Source: an uncultured Planctomycetota bacterium
GTDB taxonomy: Bacteria; Planctomycetota; Planctomycetia; Isosphaerales; Isosphaeraceae
Reading direction: 5' to 3'
Assembly: GCA_963845755.1 (NCBI GenBank)
Contig: CAWJTV010000020.1
Span: 32,001-96,000, forward strand
Length of the DNA stretch: 64,000 nt
A model generated the notes under the pieces. The model saw only the letters and a list, made by a program, of their open reading frames with translations. It was not told the origin of the DNA and searched no databases. Both the position numbers and the translations under genes were made by a program. Positions 53,894 through 64,000 of this stretch are shown here, piece after piece (position 1 is the stretch's first letter; every line of letters starts with the position of its first letter).

Positions 53894-56800
53894 ATGATTC
53901 GCCGCTCTGCGCAGTCCGAGATCCGTCAGCGTGGTCGATTCCGTCTCCGCCAGAAGTCGAGGGTTCGCCGGCTGTTCTTCGAGTCGCTGGAAGACCGGAC
54001 GATGCTGGATTCCGGCGGACTGCCGGCCACGATCGTGGTGGGTCGGACGCTGGCGACGCCGTCGACGGCGGCCTCGGAGACGACTACGCCCTCGTATTTC
54101 GTCGGCGAGGTGCAGAACAACCAGGTTACGATCACGTACACGGTCTACAACGAGCAGGCCGACCCGGAGACCGGCGTCTTGCTGACGACGACGCTCGCCC
54201 ACGGCGTGACGATGGCGAGTGCCTCGCAGCAGCCGGATCAGAGCGGTCAAAACCTGGCCTGGGGCCTGGGGACGATCCAGGGCTACGACCGCGTTAGCGT
54301 GTCGATCACCGTGAACGTCTCGGCGCTGAGCACCACCGCGCCGACTCCGCTCGACACCGGCGCCTCGGCTTACGCCATGCTCGACGCCGGCGCCGTGTCG
54401 GCCACCACGCCCGCGGCGACGGTCCAGCCGGGGATCGTCTCCGACCCCAGCCTGTTGGCCGCGACACTTGATGCCGACACGAACGATCCGTTCATCCAGG
54501 AAGAGGCGGCGGCACTCAACTACGACCCGACGCAGATCTTCAGTTTCCTGCACACGCAGGTCGGCTACAACTCGTACCTGGGCTCGGTCCGCGGCGCGCG
54601 GGGGACGCTCTGGTCGAACGCCGGCAATGCGCTCGACGTCGCCAGCCTGGGCGTGGCCTTGATGCGCGCTTCGGGCATCCCGGCGCAGTACGTCTCGGGG
54701 ACGCTCTCCCAGAGCCAGGCCCAGACCTTGATCCTCTCGATGTTCCCGGTCAGCTATCAGACGGTCGGCTACATCCCGCCCGGCACGCAGACCTCCGACC
54801 CGGCCAACGACCCGCAACTCCTGTCCGAGACCGAGTCGCATGACTGGTTCCAGTTCGACACCGGTAGCGGTATGACCGACGCCGACCCGCTCCTGCCCGG
54901 CGCCACGATCGGCCAGACGTTCACGACGTCGACCGGCACGTTCGCGGCTGTGCCCGCCGATCTAGAGGAGACGACCAGGGTCCAGCTCGTCGCGGAGATT
55001 ACCAACATCGCCGGTGCGCTGTTCGGGCTGGGGGGGCAACAGGACACGACGGTCCTCGATCAGACGTTCAATGACGTGCAGCTCGTCGGGCGCCCGCTGA
55101 CGATCGGCAACAACGTCAGCTCCAACTCGACGAGCGCTCTTGCGTTCACATCCACTGTGAACACCTATACGCCGTACATCGACGTCGGTGACGACGCTTA
55201 CGACGCCTCCGGCGACCAGGTCATCCCGGGCCAGACCTACCAAGAGGTCCTGACCAACTTCCCATTTGGCAGCCAGATCCTGACGGGGCTGTTCCTCAAC
55301 GTAATCCTCAGCGGCCCGCAGGGCCCGACGCAGACATTCAGCCGGATGTTGGTAGATCGGCTCGGACCGGCCGCTCGGGCAGGTTTGCAGGCACCGAATC
55401 TCTCGATCCCGCCGGGCGCCCCGCCGATCCTATCCAATTTCGACGTCTTCACACTCGACGTCTCCGCGGCGTTCAACGACCCGATGCCCTTGGCTGAGCT
55501 CGACCAGGAGCTCCAATCCAGCGCGGCCCAGGTGACCACGCTTCAGGCGTCACAGGCTACCGCTCTCACTTCGGCACCGTTCGTCCAGAACCTCGATTTG
55601 GGATTAACGCGGGAGCTCGATGATGACTTCCACGGTTTATCCGACCTGCACACTCAGGCCATCGCCAATTCGGCGGGCGTTGCCGCATACTTTGCCCGGC
55701 CGCGCGTCGTGATGATCTCCAACCAGATCACCACCGATCCGACCACCCAGGCTGCGTCGATGTCCGCCGCGATCGATATCCTCAATGATACGATGCGAGT
55801 TGAGGGCGAGCCCGATCAGAGCACTCTCGCGCTCTACACCTTCAACGTGGCCAGGGGTATCTACGAGAACGTTGCCGAGCGAGATGTGGTCACGCTCCTG
55901 GCGCCCGCCGTACAGACGCCGCAGGTGGATAATTCGACCGATGTCTTCGAGGCCGCGGCCTCTGAGGGGATCGGTCTCACGGTCGTCGCGACCGGCAACC
56001 TCTCCAGCCTGGCCGCGTTGAACATCTCGGCTGACGCCAAGGCCCTGATCACCGACGACGTCAACGAGGGTATGATCGTCATCGTGCCGGTGCAAGATGT
56101 CACGATCAACGGGACTCCAACGATCGCCTGGGCCGAGATCGACTCCAAGACCGATGAATACATCGGTGTCGATTCGAATGGCGGACATCAAGGGCTGTTC
56201 GAATTCTTGGCATTGGAGTTCGAGGCGTTTCATTCGGAGCTCACCCTACTGACCACGCTGGGAACACCGCTCGTGGCGTTCGACACCGGAGCCGTCCTGA
56301 GTGTGAGCTACGAACTCAACACCCTTACGGGAAGCAAGGAGCAAGCAGAAGTCCTGCTGCAGGCCGACAAGGTGCAAGCCGAGCACTTGTTCTCCCAGGT
56401 CGAGTGGGGGGTTCTTCTATCGGGAGTCGCGGCCACGGTCGCCATCGCGGGTATCTTCGGGGAGGTCAACCCGGCTTCTGTCGCGGAGATTGCCATCGAC
56501 TACGCAAATATTGCAAATCATACTTTCCAGAAATCTCTTGACTATGTGGTCCGCGCGATTACGGGCGAAGATCCGCCGCTAGGCCCGATCCTCTCGAACC
56601 CGCAGCCCCTCGCGGCTCTTCCAGCGTACCAGGCCCACGGGACGGCACAAATGCCGAGCGTGGCCGCCCCGGGCACGACCCAGGCGAGCCTGAAGACGTC
56701 GGACTTGTCGGTATCGGGCCAGATAGTCGCCTCGTGGTCTTCCGGCGCGTCGAACTCCTTCCACGCGATATCGCTCGATGCTCCGGCGGGCACGATCCTC

Positions 56801-59800
56801 TCCACAACCGGCAAGACGGTTGGCTCGGGCCAGGTCTCCCTTGCAACAACCGGTGCCGTGTCTCTCGCCATCACTGGAAAGGACCAATTTGCGCTAAATG
56901 GGACCGGCACTCTCTTTTACTTCGGCCCCTCCGAATCCAATCTCGGCGTAAGCGGCGACTGGCAGAACTACGGCGCGACCGTCACGGGGGAAGTCTCGAT
57001 CACGTTCACGGTATCCGCCGGAGCCCTCACGCTCAACGGCCAGGCCCTTCCGGCCGGGACGTACACGATCACGACGAATTCGGCCACCCTCTCGGGAAGC
57101 GGCACGACCTCATCGCCGACCTTCTCGAGCCACGCCGAGATCACCGCAACGAACGGCACGCTCAATCTCGGCCCGGGGAACGGCACGCTTTCCGTCGGCG
57201 GCAAGCCGCTCGATCCGAGCGACGAGACGACCCTGGACGGCTACAGCGGGACGATTGCCGTCTCGGCCAACGGCGACGGCACCGATTCGGTCTCGCTCAA
57301 CGGCAACGCGGGCAACGTGCTCCAGGTCACGACCACCCCGGCGTCGCTCACCACCGACCAGAACACGTCGGTCACGTTCGCGGCGAACGTCCAGACGAGC
57401 CTCGCCAATACCTATAACCTCACGGCCAACGCCCCGCCGGATTGGACAGTCACCATTGACAGCAAGGGCAACGTCACTGCGACGCCCGCGCCGGGGCTTC
57501 AGAGCGGCCCTTATCCGATCCAGATCATCGCCCAGTCGCAGACCGATTCCAACCTCGAAGCCCAGACGACCGTCGAGGTGACGATCACGCCGACGCAGCC
57601 CGGCATCCACTTCACCGTCGCGACCGACCCGCAGTTCACCGTGCCGTTCAACGGCGCACAGCTCCCCACGGCCTTCCGGGCCTCGATCCAGAACCTAGGC
57701 CCGGCGGCTGACACGTATAACCTCACGTTCTCGAACGTCCCCAGCGGATTCTCGATTCTCGATAGCGGCACGAGCGTCACGGTCCCGGCCGGAGCGACGG
57801 GGATACTCGGCGTCTACGTCGTGCCGAACACCGGCCAGCCGATCCCGCCACCGGGCACGCAGATCTCGTTCACCGTCACGGCGACCAGCACGACCGATTC
57901 CTCGATCATCCAGAGCCAGACCGAGACGTTCACCGTGCCGGACATCGACGCAGTTTCGCTGACCAGCTCGCCGACGTCGCTCAGCAGCACGCCCGGCACT
58001 CCGGCGACGGCCACGCTCACGCTCCAGAATGTCGGCAACGTCTCCGAAACCGTGACGCTCTCGGCAACCACTCCGACCGGGCTCACCGCCGGCAGCCTGG
58101 CGCCGGTCACGATTGCGCCCGGCGCGAGCCAGACCGAGACGCTCACGCTCACGCCCGATGCGTCGGCGACGCTGAACCAGACCCTCGCCACCACGATCAC
58201 TGCCAGCTTTGGACCGTCCTCGGCCCCCGTGACCACCACGGCCGAGGTCGATTTGCTCGTGCGCTCGGCGCAGACGGTCGCCGTCTCGCAGGCGGCCATC
58301 GCCGCCGGTTCAGCGAACAACTCCCAGCTCTCGTCGGTGCTCACCGACCTCGGGAACACCCTGGCATCGCTCCAGACCGCGACATCCCCAGTGCTGTTCA
58401 CCGAGGCGCAGAACGACCTCAACAACCTGAACAAGCTCCTGAACGCCGATCCCGCGCTCGCTTCGTTGGCCACCCAGCTACAGCCCATCATCAGGGCCGC
58501 GAACGCAGATAACCTCTCGGGTATGCTGTCAGGAACCACGAGCCTGTTCAACAGCGTCACCGGCGTGCTCAACCAGGAGGCGAGCGAGCAATTCACGGCG
58601 AGCCTGTCATCCAACGAGGTTGACGAGCAACCCGGCAACGGACAGACGCTTACCGTCACCTTGACCAACACGAGCCCCGACGCCGAGACCCTCAACCTCT
58701 CCGTAGGGAACCTGCCCAGCGGCGCGACGGTCCAGCTCGGCCAAAGCACCGTCTCGCTGGCGCCGGGGGCGTCGGCAACCGTCAGCGTTGCGCTCACGCA
58801 GAACATTCAATCGTCCACGGTCTTCACGCTCCAGGTCACCGCGGCGGCGAGCGTCGTGAGCCGCGTGACCTCCGCGGTCGTCTCGATTCGCCCCGCGATC
58901 GCCGATGTCCTGAGCGTGACCTCGACGCCCGCGATCATCAACCAAGGCGATCCATTCGCGGCGTCGGCCGAGATCTTCAACACCGCCAATGTCACGAGGA
59001 ACCTGTTCGCCCAGATCCAGATCCTCGACGCGGCCGGCGCCGTGGTCGCCACGCATCCGGACGTCCCGGTGAGCCTCATGCCAGGGGCCGGAGACCTCGA
59101 CCTCAACCTGGGGCAGATCGCGACGACCGGGCTGGCCGACGGGGTCTATACGCTCCAGGTGTCCTTGCTCACCAGCGTCGGGACTCCGTTACCGGGCCAG
59201 TCGTCGGAGACCGACTTCGAGATCGGCCAGCCGGTCACGGCATCGATCGCCGCAAGCTCGCCGATCGTCGCGCCGGGTAATTCCACCATCACGACGACGA
59301 TCAGCGTCACCGACACCAACGCCCCGACGGCGCCCGCATCCTCGTCCGCGTTCACCGTCGGCGACATCCAGGCCTTCTACCTCAGCAAGGAGGCGCAGAC
59401 CATCTTCGGCGTGGCCCCGGCCCACGGGGCCATCATCGTCATCGAAGACGGCTCCTCGACGCCGATCACCGATGGGGTCCTGACCGTCGACCCGCCTGGC
59501 GGGCCGGAGGATCAGTTCAACGTCGGCACCGTGCCGGCCGGCCAGCACGTGCTCATCGAGCCCGGCATCTCCAACGACGGCGGCACCGCCCACACCTTCT
59601 TCAAGGTCACGGGGACCCTGCTCGACGAGAGCAAGTTCGGACCGAACGGCAACGACGTCCAGTTCGAGTTCACGGGCACGCAGGGTACCGCGACGGTCAA
59701 CTCGGGCGTCTTCACGCCCGCGGCCACCGCCGGCCCCTCGACCGACGGCACCGTGCCGGACCTCAACTTCCTCGGCGGCCCCGGCGACCTCGAAGGGTCG

Positions 59801-62658
59801 CTCACCGACGGCTTCGGCCCGAAGGTCGTGGCCAGTCTCACCGCCACGCCCGCCGGCGGCAGCACCTCGCCGACGACCTTGCCGGTCGCCGTGGAGGTCG
59901 GATATGCGGACAACCTCCGCCCCAATCCCTACCTCCCCGACCCCTGGTTCAACTCGCCGAATGTGATCTTCGACGGCTACGAGTCCACCGCGTCGGGGGT
60001 CTACGATGGGGGGGCCATGCGGATCATCAATACGAGTGGCTCGGCCATCACGGTTAGCGACGTGACCGTCGCGTTCAGCAATGGCCGCGTCTTCCAGCTC
60101 TGGGGCACCAACACGGTTCCAACTGGCGATAGCCTCATCCTCACCGAGACGAGCCGGGGCAGAACTTCGACACCAGCGACTACGATATCACGCTCCCCTA
60201 CCCGCTGACGTACCCCGACGGCGAGACGCTCCATGCCGCGAAGATCGATTTCGACGTCAATGGCGTGCCGATGCCAACGTTCCTCGACACCGGCCACGTC
60301 CTGACGACGGGCGGCTCCGACCCCGGCGGTGCCGGAGTCAACGAGTCGCAGAACTGGCGGCCGATCGGCACGACGGGGATCACCAACCGCGAGGGTCTCA
60401 CCTCGGTGGTCTCGGTGACCCACGATCTGCCGGCCTCCGGGTACTCGGTCGATTCCACGTCGATCAGTCCCGCCACGACCAGCTCAACGGCGACTCAGCT
60501 CGTCTGGAACGCCACGGTCCTGCCGAACGGCGATTCGGGGCCAAGCACGTTCCAGCTCACGGGGACCGTCGCCGACATGAACCCCGGCGAAGTCCGCCAG
60601 ATCAGCACGGGGACCACCGTCGGCGCCGTCTACGCGACGCCGAGCGGCCAGCAGCTCACGGCCACCATCGCCTTGCCCCCGTTGACGGTCGCCGCCGAGC
60701 ACATCATCAGCCTGTCGCCCGGCACGCTGACTGCCGAGCTCGGCTCGCTGGCGACGTTCACAGTCCAGCTCACCAATCCCTACTCGACCGACGTGACCTA
60801 CGACCTCTCGACCGCGGGGCTCGACGGCTTCACCGTCGATCTCGCGTCCTCAGTCACGGTGCCGGCTGGCCAGACGGTGACGGCTCCGCTCAACGTGTCG
60901 GTCCCACTGACCGCGGCGGCCGATACGACCGGATTCGAGGTGCTCGCAACGACGACCGGCGGGGTGTCGGATTCGGTCGAAGGCGAGCTGACCGTCGCGC
61001 AGGAGGTCGCGCTGCAAACGTACGCCGTTTCATTGGGGATCTCTCCCACACAGGCCACTGCGGGTCAGGGCACTTCGGCACAATACGTGCTAACGGTCAC
61101 CAATGTCGGGGGCGTCGAGGACACCGATTCGCTGGCTGTGTCGGGGCTTCCTCAAGGCGTCACGGCGAACCTCGGCCAGGCGACCATCGACGTGCCACCA
61201 GGAGTGAGCAACTTCCGCGACGTGCCGCTGACCCTGAGCGTCTCCAAGGGAACCACGCCCGGCAGCTATCCGTTCACCGTGACAGCGACGTCCACCAGCG
61301 ACTCGACCGTGACCAGCACCACAAAGGGCACGCTCACCGTGACGGCGGGCGGCGTGCAGGTGGCGCTCAATCCACCCTCCGGCGCGCCGGGCAGCGGGTT
61401 CCAGGCGACGGTGACCAATACTGGAACGGTCACCGATAGCTATAACCTGGCCCTGGGCGGCCCGGCCGCCTTGGTCGCAAGCCTGGGGATGAATCGAGTG
61501 ACGCTGGCGCCGGGGGCCTCGCAGGTCGTGCCGATCAACACGGGGGCCATCAATTTCGCCGTGGAGGGCAGCCTGAACCTCATGGCCATGGCGACCTCGA
61601 CCAGCAACCCGGCGATTCAGAACGCCGCCTCGGCCAATCTGACGATTCCGGCGACGTCGGGGATGACGGCCGAGTTCAGCCCGAACACCCAGACGCTCTC
61701 CTCACCCAGCACGGCCACCTTCCTGTTGATGGTCCACAACACGGGCAATACCGAGGATTCTTATAGCGCGACAATCATGGGGGCCAATGGGCCGGTCGCG
61801 GCGACTCTCATTGGCCTTGACGGCTCGCCGACGCAATCGATCCCGATGTTCATCCTGCCGGGCCTGTCCACCGGCGCCATCGAGCTTCAGGTCGATCTCT
61901 CGGCCGTCGGTACGGGGACCGTCACGGTCGAGGTCAGGTCGCTGACCAGGAGCGAAACGGCAACGCCTGATGCCGTGACGATCCTCAATCCGTTGACTCC
62001 GCCACCGCCATCGCACACCGGAGGCCCACAGGTCGTCAAGGTTCAACGCTTTGGCTACCACGCGATGCCGACGATGCTCGTCCTGACGTTCAACCAGTCA
62101 CTCGACCCGGTGACGGCGGAGAATATCCACAATTACCGGATCGTCGGGTTACATGGGCGCCGGATCAAGATCCTGCGGGCCGTTTATGACGCGGCCCAAC
62201 AGACGGTGACGCTCCATCCCGCACAGCGGCTGAGCATCCATCATGCCTACGAGGTCACGGTGATCGGGACCGGCTTGAAAGGCCTGACGAACGCCCAGGG
62301 CCAGCCTCTCGACGCGACCGACGGCGGCCAACCCAGCGCGGATTATCATCTGAAGCTCACCTGGCGGGAACTGGTGCTCGGCCATGTGTCGCGCGCATTC
62401 TTGATCCGGGAGCATATCATCCGGACCGATCCCCGGGTGAAGGTGCATCGAAACGATCCCGCCGCGCCCAAGGTCCAAGTCCACAGCGCGAGCGTTCACC
62501 CACACGGTCCCATCGAGAGGCCGATCTCGTTTCCTCTTCACCATTCGGCCCGGAACTTGGGCCATGGTCGGTCGCCGCGACGGGTGCGCCGGGAGGCCGG
62601 GCTCGAAAGCCCGGGCACCCTTCGATCGGGACCTCCGCGTGATCGACGGACCGACTGA
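53894..62658 (+). CDS. Giant (~2900 aa) secreted protein: Planc_extracel leader, transglutaminase-like domain, helical cassette, many Ig-like (NEW3/CARDB-like) domains (frameshift ~60155)
   Basis: RRLFFESLEDRTML; YNSYLGSVRGARGTL..GNALDVASL..MRASGIPAQY..HDW; Thr/Ser/Val-rich repeats (QNLGPAADTYNL, NVGNVSET, NTGTVTDSYNL); ORFs 53723-60208 and 60265-62658 join across one indel. Confidence 0.85.
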
Positions 62659-62852
62659 ATTCAGGACTCCGATCGGCCGACTCCGACGGAACGCAAGCGG
62701 CAAGCGGGCAAACCTACCTGGAACAATGGCTCCGTGGTAGGATGGCTTTCCGCAAGACAGTCGGTGCCGTGCATTCGTCCTACGCGCGGTTTCGGTGCTC
62801 GGAGAGTGCCCTAACTTCTTCGATTGCGTTCCCAAACTGCGAGGGTCGGCTG

Positions 62853-63551
62853 ATGTCCGATCGCTTGACCATGCTAACGAAATCCGCGCCCAGCTCGCTG
62901 GTTGAGGGACAGCGCCTCGATCAGCCTACATTCCACGCTCTTTACGAAGCGATGCCGGCCGGAACGCGGGCCGAATTGATCGATGGAGTCGTCTATATGC
63001 CTAGCCCTCTGGGTCTTGAGCACGGAATCGCCCATGTTCCTGTGATCGTGTGGCTTGACTATTTTGCCGAACAGACCACTGGTGTCCAGGTGATGGACAA
63101 TGCTTCGACGATCCTCGGCTGGAGGGGCGAGCCGCAACCCGATGGACTGCTCCGCGTTCAGCCCGCGTTCGGCGGTCGGACCTGGGATGAGGACGGGTTC
63201 GTCAATGGGGCACCGGAACTCGTCGTTGAGGTATCCAAGACCAGCCGGTACGTCGATCTGGGGCCGAAGAAGGCCGACTATGAGCGGGCCGGGGTGCAGG
63301 AATACATCGTGCGCGCGATCGATCCGGACGAAATCTACTGGTTCACCCAGGAGCAGGGCGTGCTGGTGCAACGATCAATCGGAGCCGATGGACTCTTTCG
63401 TTCGACCACATTTCCGGGGCTCTGGCTCGATCCGGTAGCTCTCCTGCAAGGCGATCGGCGCAGGCTCCGTGCCGTAGTCGAGCTGGGCTGCGCCACGCCC
63501 GAGCACGCCGAGTTCGTCGCCAAACTGGCCGCGCGTCGTGATCCGTCCTGA
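62853..63551 (+). CDS. Uma2/DUF820 PD-(D/E)xK-fold protein
   Basis: AELIDGVVYMPSP, PQPDG, PELVVEVS, YERAGVQEY, FPGLWLD. Confidence 0.92.
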   Translation: MSDRLTMLTKSAPSSLVEGQRLDQPTFHALYEAMPAGTRAELIDGVVYMPSPLGLEHGIAHVPVIVWLDYFAEQTTGVQVMDNASTILGWRGEPQPDGLLRVQPAFGGRTWDEDGFVNGAPELVVEVSKTSRYVDLGPKKADYERAGVQEYIVRAIDPDEIYWFTQEQGVLVQRSIGADGLFRSTTFPGLWLDPVALLQGDRRRLRAVVELGCATPEHAEFVAKLAARRDPS

Positions 63552-63586
63552 ATCCCGCGTGGCGCCCCGTCGATGCGGGGTGACTC

Positions 63587-64000
63587 TCAGGAGTCCTCGG
63601 CCGCAACCCGATCGGTCCGGCAGGGCAGCTCGAGCGCGACGACCAGGCCGGGGTTGGCATTGAAGGCGGTGACGGTCCCCTGGTGCAGCTCGACGGCACG
63701 GCGGGCGATCGCGAGGCCCAGGCCGACACCTCCGCTGGAACGGTCGCGGTCTCCCTCGACGCGGAAGAACGGCTGGAAGATGTCGCTCAGCGCCTCCCGC
63801 GGCACGCCGGAGCCGTAGTCGCGCACCGAGAGCTCGACCTGGCCGTCGAGACAGACGACCGCGATATCGACCGTCGTGCCCGCCGGCGAGTGGCGGATCG
63901 CGTTGCGGAGGACGTTCTCACACGCGCGGCGGAGCAACTCGCGCTCGCCGGTGACGATCACCTCCCGATCGCCGCCGAGCAGCAACCGGCACCCCTGGGC
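63587..64000 (-). CDS. Sensor histidine kinase, C-terminal HATPase domain (CpxA-like; partial, runs off the window)
   Basis: N box ENVLRNAIRH, G1 DYGSGV, F box IFQPFFRV, G2 GVGLGLAI. Confidence 0.92.
   Translation of the reverse strand, partial: AQGCRLLLGGDREVIVTGERELLRRACENVLRNAIRHSPAGTTVDIAVVCLDGQVELSVRDYGSGVPREALSDIFQPFFRVEGDRDRSSGGVGLGLAIARRAVELHQGTVTAFNANPGLVVALELPCRTDRVAAEDS

Noticed and set aside
62853..63551. Uma2 as immunity or defence partner of the giant protein
   Set aside because: Uma2 genes are highly multicopy and scattered in planctomycetes; there is a ~190-bp gap and no evidence of coupling

Overview
GC-rich bacterial chromosomal segment, almost certainly a planctomycete of the Isosphaeraceae type. 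Support: a DUF1559 prepilin gene, a Planc_extracel 'ESLEDRTML' leader, an ECF/Ser-Thr kinase pair, and a recO-bamD-lptE-folP cluster. Many genes, including conserved ones, are broken by single-base indels, which most likely reflects an unpolished long-read assembly. Housekeeping content: F1Fo ATP synthase atpI/Z-B-E-F-H-A-G (no atpD/atpC), 6S RNA-ygfA, an RRM protein, NifU-like, hemW, an RmlD-like SDR, proA, folP, lptE, bamD, recO. Accessory content: an ABC-ATPase + DUF4276 (TOPRIM-like) putative defence pair interrupted by an IS5-family element with a TTA duplication; three membrane-anchored 'sulfatases' with a Thr-type WTxPSH motif; a DUF1559/lipoprotein/TPR cluster; a heme-c/PHM-like copper protein; a degenerate GH172-like gene; an ECF + anti-sigma-VWA + VWA-lipoprotein module; and an ECF + STK-TPR pair divergent from a ~2900-aa secreted protein with a Cys-less transglutaminase-like domain and a compositionally distinct internal cassette. 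The most unusual non-coding signal is a set of hairpin elements at gene junctions, each built from two inverted tandem arrays of a different 7-9-mer; one is translated in-frame within the bamD signal region. All family assignments come from motif recognition by eye; no searches were run.
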